NCBI GenBank assembly: GCA_965223905.1
Contig: CBDCXV010000010.1
Location: forward strand, 2,016,001 to 2,080,000
Source of the DNA: Candidatus Latescibacterota bacterium
GTDB taxonomy: Bacteria > Latescibacterota > UBA2968 > UBA8231
Length of the DNA: 64,000 bases
Direction of reading: 5' to 3'
The position numbers were made by a program, and so were the translations under genes. The notes beneath the pieces were generated by a model. The model worked only from the letters and a program-made list of their open reading frames with translations, was not told where the DNA came from and ran no database searches. Each line of letters opens with the position of its first letter. Positions within the stretch are counted from its first letter, which is position 1. Of this stretch, positions 10,699 to 20,908 are shown in pieces.

Positions 10699-12468
10699 AT
10701 GCGTATCTGGCGGTCCCTCGTCTTTGTGCTGCTTTGCGCAACGTCCGTCGCGGCCCAGGACCTGTCGAATAACCCGGCCGGCGTGCCGTGGCTGAACACG
10801 AACGACGAATGGGGCCGGGCGTGGGGCGATGCGGCCAACCAGTTCTACAAGAATCTCGAAGCACATCGGAACGTGCACGGGGGCGACCAGATGCAGTTCG
10901 CGGTCGGCACAGAGATCGCACTGCGAAAAGTGTTTCGGCCCAAGGTGTGGTTCAAGGGCAACTTCAGCGGGTCGGTGTCGATCATGGCGGCGCGCGGGGA
11001 GTACGAGGCGTTTCAACTGGTCATTTGTCCGATCACCGACGAGGAGCGCGGGCTGGGGTATCTGTCGGACGGGCGCGCCCAAGGAAACGGCAGCCTTGTG
11101 CCCAAGACGGTGGTGATTCACGCGATCGACGTGTCGCCGTTACACCACGCGGACGTGGACTACCAGATCGAGTCAGCGGCGTCGACGCTCTACCGGGTTG
11201 GCTACATCCCGACGCAGCCGGGGCAGTACCCGGTGATGCACGTGGGCGATTGGCCGGACCCGTTGCTACCATTGGGGCCGTTGGAGGTCAGCAATCCGTA
11301 TTGTCAGCCGGTGTGGGTCGAAATCCGGGTGCCGCGCGAGGCGCCGGCCGGTGAATACAGCGGCCACGTCACCGTGCACGGGCCGCACGACGTGCGCATC
11401 GAGATCGAGCTGACGGTCTGGGATTTCACACTGCCGAACCCGCCCCGGACGGTCAGCAACGGCTGGGTGTTGCACGAGTGGTTCCGGCGCGACGGCACCG
11501 ACAGACTCCTGGAACGGCTCGACGTCTTGCTGGACCACCGCCTCATCGCCTGGCACACCGCCGTGGACACGCGCGGCGACCTCGAAGCGCATGATCGCGT
11601 CATGGAGCTGTTGCTGTCGCGCGGTGTCCAGCTCCAGGCAATCGGCGGCAAACCCGACGCGGCGTACATCGAGCACCTGCACAGCAGGGGTTGGCTCGAG
11701 CATTTCGTGTCGCTCTGGGGCGACGAGCCGCACGAACGCGACTACCCGCGGTACCGCGAGCAGAGCGACGTAATCCACAACGAGTTTCCCGGCCTTGCAG
11801 TGGCAATGACGGAGGAGCCGACGCCGACGAATGTGGGACTGTTCGACGTGTGGATCGCGGAGCCGTCCGCCCAGCGCGACGCGTGGGTGCAGGACGCCTT
11901 GAATCGCGGCGATCGCGTTTGGTGGTACCTCTGCCAGTTGCCCATCAACGCTGAGTACCCCGGCCCGATCCACCGCGCCCCCGGCATGGTCGTGGATCGA
12001 CCCGCCATCGATCACCGCATCACCTACTGGCTCGCGTTCGAGCAACACATCGACGGTGTGTCCTACTGGGCTGTTTCGCAGTGGCCTGAAGGTTGGGACA
12101 AATGGAACGGGGGCGCCGAGCCGTGGCCTACCAACCCGCGCGTCCCGTTCCCCTACAGCGGCCAGCACAACGCCAACGGATTCCTCTGCTACCCCGGATC
12201 CGACGGCATGCCCTGGCCTTCGATTCGTCTAAAAACCATGCGCGATGGCCTCGAGGATCACGACTACCTGAGCCTCCTGCGCGAGCGGGCTGGCGACACC
12301 CTCTGGTCCGCGATAGAAGACCAGGCCGTCCCCCACGAGTTGGCCGTGGGGCTGCGCTACTACAACAAGGACCCGCACGTCCTGTTGAAGGTGCGCCGCC
12401 AGGTCGCGGAGCGAATCATCCAGCTGCCCCAAGCAAACCCCGATCGACACTATCTCTCAGCCGACTAG
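10699..12468 (+). CDS. Secreted DUF4091/GH123-like glycoside hydrolase
   Basis: Signal peptide; ARGEYEAFQL, WPDPLLP, LTVWDFTLP, WGDEP, SIRLKTMRDGLEDHDYL motifs. Confidence 0.75.
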   Translation: MRIWRSLVFVLLCATSVAAQDLSNNPAGVPWLNTNDEWGRAWGDAANQFYKNLEAHRNVHGGDQMQFAVGTEIALRKVFRPKVWFKGNFSGSVSIMAARGEYEAFQLVICPITDEERGLGYLSDGRAQGNGSLVPKTVVIHAIDVSPLHHADVDYQIESAASTLYRVGYIPTQPGQYPVMHVGDWPDPLLPLGPLEVSNPYCQPVWVEIRVPREAPAGEYSGHVTVHGPHDVRIEIELTVWDFTLPNPPRTVSNGWVLHEWFRRDGTDRLLERLDVLLDHRLIAWHTAVDTRGDLEAHDRVMELLLSRGVQLQAIGGKPDAAYIEHLHSRGWLEHFVSLWGDEPHERDYPRYREQSDVIHNEFPGLAVAMTEEPTPTNVGLFDVWIAEPSAQRDAWVQDALNRGDRVWWYLCQLPINAEYPGPIHRAPGMVVDRPAIDHRITYWLAFEQHIDGVSYWAVSQWPEGWDKWNGGAEPWPTNPRVPFPYSGQHNANGFLCYPGSDGMPWPSIRLKTMRDGLEDHDYLSLLRERAGDTLWSAIEDQAVPHELAVGLRYYNKDPHVLLKVRRQVAERIIQLPQANPDRHYLSAD

Positions 12469-12499
12469 ACTACCAATGACGGGGCCTTAGACACCGACT

Positions 12500-14089
12500 T
12501 CAGCGGTTGCCGCGAGCGGCCGTGACGGCGCCGGCGGCGGCGGCTTCGGCGGCGCATCGTCGCAGCCAGTCCTGCCAATCACCTTCGAGACTGGAGGCGA
12601 TGTCCGGGTGGAGGTCACCGAGCTCCGTACCTTCGCAGCGGTCGGCGTGGATGTCGTACAGCTCCCAGCGGTCGGCGGCGACATCGATCGTCATCCCTCC
12701 GTGTTGGCGCGGCGCGCCCTGGCTCACCAGCTTCCAGCGCCCGTGGCGAATGGCCCGGCAGCCGCCGTATTCCCAGCACAGGACGCGATCTTCATCGGCC
12801 AGCTCGGTTGATGGGCGCTGGCCGGTGAGCTGCGTCGCCAGGCTCCGACCCTCGGGGCCCAGCACCGGATGGCCGTCGAACTCGGTAGGCACGTCGACGC
12901 CGGCCAGCTCGGCGAAGGTCGGTAAGACGTCCAGCACGTGCCCCACAGTGCGGTCGATCGCCCCACCCTGGGCTAGCATCCGTGGCCAACTGGCGATCAG
13001 CGGCGTCGAGATGCCGCCCTCGTGGTCGAACACTTTGTACAGTCGGAACGGCGTGTTGCTGGCGTTGGCCCACGGCGCATCGATGGTGTGATAGGAGTCG
13101 ACCGGGCCGGGCGGCACGTCGGGCGTGTTGTGAATGGCCTGTGCGGCGGCGCCGTTGTCGGACAGGAACAGCACAAGCGTATCCTGCTCTTTGCCGAGCG
13201 CGCGGATCTTGTCCAAGACCCGCCCGATGGCGAAGTCCATGCGCTCCACCATCGCTGCATACACGGCCATGGCGTAGGCTCGCCCCGCCTGATCCGGCTC
13301 GTCGTCCCACGCCGGAGCGCGATCGTCCCGCGGTGAGACACCCCAGCGCGGCTCGACTAGCCCCTCCTCCTGCAGGCGCGCAGCGCGCCGGCGGCGCAGC
13401 TCGTCCCACCCGATCCGGTAGCGGTCGCCAACCCGTGCAATGTCCTCGGGCCATGCATGCATCGGGGAGTGCGGCGCGCATTCGGCCAGATACAGAAAAA
13501 ACGGCTGCTCGCTGGTGCCTTGCTCATCGAGAAAGGCGATGGCCTTGTCGCTGAACACGTCGGTGCTGTAGAAATCGCGCTCCTCGGGAGTGTACGGAAA
13601 CATCACCCGATCCTGATCGCCCCAACGACGCATGTCGTCGGGGAACTTGTGCGCCGGCGCCGGTTCCCCAGGCCGCTGCTCACCGGGATTGAAGTAGTTG
13701 CTGCACCCGGACAGCAGCCCCCAGTAGCGGTCGAAGCCGCGGGCCACCGGCGTCGCGTCCGGCCAGTACCCGTTGTGCCACTTGCCGGCCATCAGCGTTC
13801 GATAGCCGGCATCGCGCAGCAGCTCGGCGATGGTGACGTTGTTGCTAGTGAGCAGCCGGCCCCCCTGCCCGGAGAGCACCTGGTGCGGATAGAGACCGGT
13901 CAGCAGCGATGCCCGCGTCGGCACGCACACGGCGTTGTTGTAGAAGTTGGTGAACCGGACGCCCCCGGCCGCGAGCCGATCCAGGTTCGGCGTCTGGATC
14001 TCACTGCCGAAGCAACCGATGTCGGAGTAGCCCAGGTCGTCGGCCATGATCAGAACGATGTTGGGGCGCGAACCGCGCGGACTTTGCAT
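12500..14089 (-). CDS. Arylsulfatase (formylglycine-dependent)
   Basis: RPNIVLIMADDLG, CVPTR (CxPxR), LLTG, GKWH, SDNG. Confidence 0.9.
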   Translation of the reverse strand: MQSPRGSRPNIVLIMADDLGYSDIGCFGSEIQTPNLDRLAAGGVRFTNFYNNAVCVPTRASLLTGLYPHQVLSGQGGRLLTSNNVTIAELLRDAGYRTLMAGKWHNGYWPDATPVARGFDRYWGLLSGCSNYFNPGEQRPGEPAPAHKFPDDMRRWGDQDRVMFPYTPEERDFYSTDVFSDKAIAFLDEQGTSEQPFFLYLAECAPHSPMHAWPEDIARVGDRYRIGWDELRRRRAARLQEEGLVEPRWGVSPRDDRAPAWDDEPDQAGRAYAMAVYAAMVERMDFAIGRVLDKIRALGKEQDTLVLFLSDNGAAAQAIHNTPDVPPGPVDSYHTIDAPWANASNTPFRLYKVFDHEGGISTPLIASWPRMLAQGGAIDRTVGHVLDVLPTFAELAGVDVPTEFDGHPVLGPEGRSLATQLTGQRPSTELADEDRVLCWEYGGCRAIRHGRWKLVSQGAPRQHGGMTIDVAADRWELYDIHADRCEGTELGDLHPDIASSLEGDWQDWLRRCAAEAAAAGAVTAARGNR

Positions 14090-14291
14090 AGCGCTATTGT
14101 ACCGAATACGGCGTGAGGTGCTGCGAACGGCTAGTGGCGGCTGGCACTCTCACTGCGCGCTCGCTGCGTGCACACTGCGCGCCCGTGCCTCGCCATGTGA
14201 GCCTCGTTCGCCCCCCAGCCATGGTCCGGAGCATAGGACAAATAAAACGTCAAGATCAAACACCCGTGAGAGGATCCTGCTTGTCACTCCT

Positions 14292-15782
14292 TCATCCGGC
14301 GAAAGGGTTTGCCGAAACCTCGACTGAATCCCCGGTGCGCCGCTGCCACTGGACAATCTGTTCGACCAGCTCGAACACGACCTCCCTGGTTTCGTCCGCG
14401 CCGAAAAGATTCCGCGTTTCGCCGGGATCTTCGAACAACTGATACAATTCGTGCTCACCGAGCGGGCTGTAGTTCAGTTTCCAGCCTGCCGGCGTGATGA
14501 CCGTGCGCACCGGATCGGCCAGGGACGCTCTCAGCGCATCGCTGGAGACCCCCTCCACGCCCGGTGGCATCCTTATCTCGCCCTCCCCCGAACCGTCGAT
14601 GATGCTGGAACCGGAGGCTCCGGTCCACTCGATGAAGGCGCTCTTCCGGCTGGTCGCCACCCGCGATTCGAGCAGCGGGCGCAGAGATTCGCCCTGAAGC
14701 TCCTGGGGAATGGGTCGACGGAGCAGATCCAGTAGAGTGGGTACGAGGTCTATCTGGCTCACCGGCCCGTCGATCCGCTTCCCCTCCGACTGACCTGGTA
14801 GCCGGATGAGCAGAGGCACCCTGACCGCCTCCTCGAACATCACGCACTTGGCGAGCAGCCGGTGGCTACCCATCATGTCGCCATGGTCGGAGGTGAACAC
14901 GACTATGGTGCTGTCCTCCAGGCCGCATTCCTGGAGGGTGTCCAGTATGGTACCTGCGTGGGTATCGACGAGGCTGCACAGGCCCCAGTAATTGGCGATC
15001 AGCCGCTGCCAGTCCGCCGACGTGCGCAGGGGAAGGTCGCTGTGGCCCCATTCCCGGAACGCCGCAGCCGTCACCCGCGCCTTGAGCGGCTGCGAAGCGT
15101 CCGGCCAGGCATCGAAGTTGGGGGGCAGCGGTACACGTTCGGGGTCGTATTGTTCGTCCCGCGGGCCGAAAAACGGCATGTGCGGTTCCAAGAAGTTGAC
15201 GTACAGGATGAACGGTTCCTCGCGGTGCTCGCGGATGAAGCGGGCGCTCTCCCGGGCAAGGAACGCGGGTTTGCCGAACTGCTCGGGAAGCCTGGCCGCC
15301 TCCCTGCCACTGAACAGATCTCCCGCTTGCGGTCTGAATCCGCTTTCGATGAGGAAGTTCCGGTAGTCGGAGGTTACGGTCTTGTCCCGCCCCGCGGTGA
15401 AAAACCGCGTGTAGCCGTCCTCGAGGCTCACCCACTCGCGAAAGCCGTGTTGGGCGAACAGCTCATCCCCGAGGTGCCATTTCCCGATATGGGCCGTGGC
15501 GTACTCTGGCTGTCCAGCGAGCATCTCCGGCAGACACCGAACCTCTTGCGGCAGCGGAACATTGTTATCCGTGCACCCGTTGGTGTGGGCGTACAGCCCG
15601 GTCAACAGGGCCGAGCGAGAGGCCGTGCATACTGGCTGCGTCACGTAGGCCCGATCGAAAACATGGCTCTGCTCCGCCAGCCTGTTGAGATTCGGCATCT
15701 CGATCTGTTCGTTTCCGTAGGCCGCCAGCGTGTTAAACGCCTGCTCGTCGGTGTAGATGAACAGTAGATTGGGGGGCTTCAT
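14292..15782 (-). CDS. Sulfatase
   Basis: PNLLFIYTDEQ, CTASR (CxAxR), GKWHLG, TSDHGD. Confidence 0.9.
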   Translation of the reverse strand: MKPPNLLFIYTDEQAFNTLAAYGNEQIEMPNLNRLAEQSHVFDRAYVTQPVCTASRSALLTGLYAHTNGCTDNNVPLPQEVRCLPEMLAGQPEYATAHIGKWHLGDELFAQHGFREWVSLEDGYTRFFTAGRDKTVTSDYRNFLIESGFRPQAGDLFSGREAARLPEQFGKPAFLARESARFIREHREEPFILYVNFLEPHMPFFGPRDEQYDPERVPLPPNFDAWPDASQPLKARVTAAAFREWGHSDLPLRTSADWQRLIANYWGLCSLVDTHAGTILDTLQECGLEDSTIVVFTSDHGDMMGSHRLLAKCVMFEEAVRVPLLIRLPGQSEGKRIDGPVSQIDLVPTLLDLLRRPIPQELQGESLRPLLESRVATSRKSAFIEWTGASGSSIIDGSGEGEIRMPPGVEGVSSDALRASLADPVRTVITPAGWKLNYSPLGEHELYQLFEDPGETRNLFGADETREVVFELVEQIVQWQRRTGDSVEVSANPFAG

Positions 15783-15822
15783 GTCGACCTCGGCTCACGT
15801 CTCGGGCGCTCGCGCCCATTCA

Positions 15823-17358
15823 TCAGCTGACATCCACAAACTGGAACGCGTAGAGCTTGGCCGAACGCATCTTGATCTTCATCCGGACAGGCCGGCCGCT
15901 CAGCGAGCCGACGCCGGGACCGTTCCGCCACCAGACCTCCTGCGCGACGCCGTTGCGATCGACGGACACGGCGTCCTCGAGCGTGTAGCCGGGTAACGGC
16001 TTACCGGCTTCGTCCTGGAGCTCGATCCACGCCTCGCCCATGGCGCCGCAGTCGATGTTCAGCAACAGACGGTTGCCTTCGAACTCGATCGGCGGCGTCA
16101 CGAACCACCCCCCGTCGGGCCCAGCATCGACCGAGACGAAACCGTCCAGACGCTGTTTGGCCCGCCAGTAACGCACGTCGCGCTCGTAGACGCCGTGGGT
16201 GGACGCTCCCTCGGCGTAGTACTGGTAGATGTAGTTCCCGCGCCGGACCAGCCCTACGCCCATGTAGCCCATTCCCCCCAGCTGCGGCTCGTCCATCAGA
16301 CCAAGGCCAACGTAGGGCGTACGGAACCGCTCGAACGCGACGCCGTCCCGGCTCACGGCAAGCTGCACCTCTACTGGACCGTCGTTGGTGATCTGCCCCC
16401 GCTGGTCCCGCCCATGGCTGTCGTGTCCCTCGTATTGACGGTACACCGCCGGGAACGCAAAGACGGCGCCGTCGGCCCATTCGTAGGGGTTGACGCAGGG
16501 CGTGTAGACGTCCGTGGCAGGCGGGTCACGCTCGTCACCCTCCATGATGAAGGGGGCGCATTGCGGCGGCAGCCGGTCGTGTAACCCCACCGGGCTTACG
16601 GGCAATGTCGGGTCCTCTCGGTAGTCGAACGGCAACTGCGTGAGCGTGGGCGAGGTCAAACGAGCGACCGTCCGCCTTCTTCCCGGCACCGGCGACGCGC
16701 CGCGCACATAGGCGACGTAGGCGCCGGCGCCCGCATCATACAGAACCTGGTTCTGCGAGTCGCAACGAAAAGGAACGATGACGCCGCTGCGCTGCCGGCG
16801 CCACGATAGGCCATCCTCGGAATGGAGCAGGTACAACCCGGCGTGGACTGGCCGGCTGCCGTCGGGGGCGTCGTAGCCGCCGAAGTACGTATCCCGCGCT
16901 TCGTCCCAGATCGGCGGCTCGGTGCGCTCGCCCAGTATCCCCGCAAACCAGAATCTGCAGCCGCTCGTCTCCTGGGGGTCGAGGAACGGCGTGCCGAGCG
17001 CTCCGGGCATGACCACGTTGTTCCGCGTCGATCCCTCCACCTCGAACTGGTCCACGGGCGCCAGCTCCCAGTCGATGCCGTCGTCCGAGTAGGCCAGGCA
17101 GCACATGCCGTTCACGCAATCACGTTCGCGCGTCTCGTCAGGCCTCAGGTGGTAGTACATCCAGAGACGACCGTCGACGTCGAGGACGGTCAGGAAGTGA
17201 CGGACGTGCAGACCGCGGAGAGGTGGTAGATCGACGGGTGTGCACTCAAGCGGGGGATTGACCGTGAACTGTAGACCCATCGAAGAATCGACGAAGCGAC
17301 GGTCAAACAGCAACTGCTTGCGTGTCTCGACAGGCCATACCCGAGTTGTGTCTGCCAC
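15823..17358 (-). CDS. Putative five-bladed beta-propeller glycoside hydrolase-like protein
   Basis: Repeated SDDGIDW/SEDGLSW/SRDGVAF motifs; C-terminal RLDGFVS...LYAFQF module. Confidence 0.6.
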   Translation of the reverse strand: MADTTRVWPVETRKQLLFDRRFVDSSMGLQFTVNPPLECTPVDLPPLRGLHVRHFLTVLDVDGRLWMYYHLRPDETRERDCVNGMCCLAYSDDGIDWELAPVDQFEVEGSTRNNVVMPGALGTPFLDPQETSGCRFWFAGILGERTEPPIWDEARDTYFGGYDAPDGSRPVHAGLYLLHSEDGLSWRRQRSGVIVPFRCDSQNQVLYDAGAGAYVAYVRGASPVPGRRRTVARLTSPTLTQLPFDYREDPTLPVSPVGLHDRLPPQCAPFIMEGDERDPPATDVYTPCVNPYEWADGAVFAFPAVYRQYEGHDSHGRDQRGQITNDGPVEVQLAVSRDGVAFERFRTPYVGLGLMDEPQLGGMGYMGVGLVRRGNYIYQYYAEGASTHGVYERDVRYWRAKQRLDGFVSVDAGPDGGWFVTPPIEFEGNRLLLNIDCGAMGEAWIELQDEAGKPLPGYTLEDAVSVDRNGVAQEVWWRNGPGVGSLSGRPVRMKIKMRSAKLYAFQFVDVS

Positions 17359-17777
17359 CGTTTCCTCCGCGATTTCCCTTCCACATGACCGCCGTCACCG
17401 CGGACGGCGTGCCGTTCGGATGTGTATGGTAGGCGCTCGGCGGGCACTGTCAATGACCATCGAAAGGAGCGCGTAACCAGTCAGTTGCCGGACGATGCCG
17501 TCGTTTGCTGCACCTCACTCCGGCCACGTGAGCTTGATATCGCTCAGGTAGAACCGGAGCGTGCCCGCCTCGATGGTCTCCTCCAGGGGCGGGGTCGCGC
17601 AAGCGACGACGCCGACAATCCAGCCACCGGCCAGGTGTGACAAGTCGCATGCGCGGCGATGGCGGCATTGACGGAACTGTCCGAGCGCTGATCTTTGTCC
17701 GACTCTCGGGGGGGCGTAGTGCTCGAATACCCTTTTCGTTGTCGCCACACGATCGGAAGGAGGAAGGTCGGACGGCC

Positions 17778-18445
17778 ATGGGACAGGAGCGAAAGCAAAA
17801 CATCACCCAGGACGACCTATTCAGGTTCAACTACCTGTTGGGAGCACAGCTGTCTCCTGATGGCAGGAGTGCCGTCTACGCGGTCGGCCACGAGGGCGTG
17901 GATGAAGACCGGGAGTACGCCTCGATCTGGCTGCTGACGCTCGAAACAGGCGCGACGCGCCGTCTGACCGATGGACGGGCGCATGATTCGAATCCACAGT
18001 GGTCACCTGACGGCACGCGCATCGCTTTCCTGTCCTCCCGGGATGATGTGACCCAGCTGTACCGCATGGCCGCGGAAGGTGGCGAGCCGCAGGCTCTGAC
18101 CTCGATGAAGCAGGGAGTCGGCACCGGTCCGGCCTGGTCACCCGACGGCACGCGCCTCGCTTTTACCGCCGGTCCGGATGTCGATCCTCCCGTACTGGAC
18201 AAGCCCTACCGCGTCACCCGCCACGTCTATCGCTTCTACCTGATGGGGTACCTGGACGGCACCCTGCAGGATGTGTTCGTGATCGCTGCGGAGGGGGGGG
18301 AACCCACGCGGCTGACGGATGACGACTGGCACAACACGGGCCCACAGTGGTCGCCGGATGGACGCGAGATCCTGTTCAGCGCGACGATGGCCCCCGCGCT
18401 CAGAACGAGGCCCTCCTGGACTGGATGAACCGCTACGTACCATAA
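17778..18445 (+). pseudogene. S9-family peptidase with the catalytic domain deleted
   Basis: PD40-type WSPDG repeats to ~18390, joined out of frame to a C-terminal-like AQNEALLDWMNRYVP* (TAA 18443-18445); no GxSxG. Confidence 0.7.
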
Positions 18446-18971
18446 GATCCACTAGTGGATAGGACGTACAAGGGCCCTTTTGGAGAGAGGGGGTCGGCAC
18501 GGCTTCCTGTTGCTAACCCGGCGCTTAGTTCCCATGACCACTACTAAGCCGATCGACTTGCTCCCGCAGCTTCACGATGTCCTCGTTCATGTCGTGAACT
18601 CTCGCGTAGAGAAGTTTGCACAGGTTCAGGAGCATCTTATGGCCCAGCTCAGGCTCGGCATCAATGAGCTTCTCCAGCTGGGCGGCCTTCAATTCCAGCA
18701 CGGACGAGCGGTCCTCGGCCACGACTCTCGAGGTGCGAGATTGTCCCGTCAGCACGCCCATCTCACCGATCACGCGAATCTCGGTAACCTCTGCCAACTC
18801 CACGCCATCCGCCGACTCCAAGCGTAGCTTCCCGTCCACGAAGATCAATAGTCGTTCATCGATCGTGAGCGGCTCGCATAGAACTGTTCCAGGCTCAACG
18901 TTTCGTTGGTTGCATGCCTGATGGATGTTCGAAATCTGGTTGAAATCCAAGCCCTCGAACAATGACAGTTT

Positions 18972-20640
18972 CCTGAATCCGTGAAGTCGAGAGCCTGATT
19001 TTTGGTTGCTTTCCGAGGGGAATCCAGGGTATAGTAAAGGAGGATTTTGACTCACCTTGGAGGTGAAGAATTGAGACCGGTTTCGTTTCAAATTACGCAG
19101 GGCGAAGAAGCGCTGACGTCGCATTCGGGCTTGGCCTTGATCGGGGCCTTGATGGGACGCACGCGCCTGGCAGCGCGGGTGGATGAGATCATCTTGCCGG
19201 AACGACCCCATCCCGAGGTTTCTCACGGTGACGTGATGACGTCGATGATCGGCTTGCTGGCGCTGGGCAAGCCGGATTTCGAGGCCGTGGAAGGGTTTCG
19301 TGCGGACCCCTTTTTCTGCCAGGCGCTGGGCCTGGAAGCGGTGCCGTCGGCGGCCACCCTGCGGCAGCGGCTCGATGGCTTGTCCGGACCGGTGGAAGCC
19401 GCGATTCGAGAGGAGTCGGCCGACATGGTGGCCCGTCACGCGCCGCCGATCACCCCCTGTTACGAAGTCGCCGACGGGCGCTGCGGTCCCTGGATCGCGC
19501 TCGATATCGACGTGTCGGTGTTCGACAACTCCCACACCAAAAAACAAGGGGTGTCGTGGACCTACAAGAAGGTCGACGGCTTTGCCCCGATCTTCGCCTA
19601 CCTGGGCCAGGAAGGGTACCTGATCAACTGCCAGCTGCGGCAGGGTAGCCAGCACTCCCAGCAAGGAGCCCCGGACTTTCTTCGAGAGACGCTGCGGCTG
19701 GCGCGCCGTATCACCGGCGAAAAGCTGCTGGTGCGCATGGACAGCGCCCACGACGACATCGCCACCGTACGGCAGCTGCGGCGCACGCCCAAGACCGACT
19801 TCATCGTCAAGCGCAACCTGCGCCACGAATCGAAGCAGACGTGGCTGGAGGAGGCCCAGGCCCTGGGCCAGCGCACCTGTCCGCGGCCCGGCAAGGAACT
19901 CTTCACCGGGGCGCTGGTAGCGGAGCGACAGGGGATCTTCGAACGGGTCGTTTTCGAGGTCGTGCGGCGCACGATCAGCGCCGAGGGTCAGGCGCTGCTG
20001 ATCCCCGACCTCGAGGTGCAGACCTGGTGGACGAACCTGGCAGCGCCGCCCGAGGACGTGATCCGGCTCTACCGCGAGCACGGCACCTGCGAGCAATTCC
20101 ACTCCGAGCTGAAAACGGACATGGACCTCGAGCCTGCCGTCGGGCAAGTTCGCCACCAACGCCCTGGTGTTGCTGCTGGCCATGATGGCCTACAACACCC
20201 TGCGCCTGTGCGGCCAGACCAGCCTGCGCGAGGCGCGCCGCCTGCCCCCCGAAAAGCACGTGACTTTTCGTAAAAAGGCCGGCCGTCGTCGGCTCCGCAC
20301 GGTCATTCTGGATCTCATGTACCAAGCCGCTCGCTGGGTCCGGCATGGGCGCCGTTTCGGCCTCAGCTTCGGGTGTTTCAACCCCTGGTTCGATGTCTGG
20401 AGACGGACCTACCTGAGAGTGTGTGCCTGAAGGCGACGACTTCCCCCGCCCTCGACTTCCCGGAGCACTCAAGGCACGCGTATGCGCGCTCTTGCGACTC
20501 CTATCGACTTGGAGAGCCATCGGTAGCGGAATCCGACGTAATGGCCTGTCGTTGACACCCAAATCCGCTGTTGACAAGTACATGACCCAGCTTAAATATC
20601 AAATTTGATCACTCGCTATAAAAGCGATCACGGATTCAGG
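18972..20640 (+). mobile_element. IS1380-family insertion sequence (1669 bp)
   Basis: Inverted repeats CCTGAATCCGTGA/TCACGGATTCAGG; 5-bp target duplication AGTTT (18967-18971 and 20641-20645). Confidence 0.9.
19047..20430 (+). pseudogene. IS1380 transposase, frameshifted
   Basis: LTSHSGL, LDIDVS, RMDSAHD, EQFHSELKTDMDLE; the expected ERLPSGKF is broken near 20131 and continues in the 20167-20430 frame. Confidence 0.8.
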
Positions 20641-20908
20641 AGTTTCATCAGAGCATTGACCAGCTCGACCTCTTCCATCATCTCACCCTTTCTGAGTGCC
20701 AACCGCCTGATTCCAGCATGTCTGTCTCGCTTTGACAGGCAACCTCATCGGTTGTCAGGACTCGTCTCTCATCCATGCGATAGTCAATGTCACTGACGAC
20801 CTGCGCCGTGTCCAATGCGGCAAGCTGCGTATCCCGCAAGGAGATGCTGTGATCCGCCCTTGACATATAAGCATCCTGACAGGAGGCAGGAGCGACGGAA
20901 ACGCACCA

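Larger units (their letters stand above)
18525..20681 (-). pseudogene. Cyclic-nucleotide-binding domain protein interrupted by IS1380
   Basis: Removing the IS and one AGTTT gives MMEEVELVNALMKLSLFEGL...IGEMGVLTGQSRTSRV. Confidence 0.85.
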
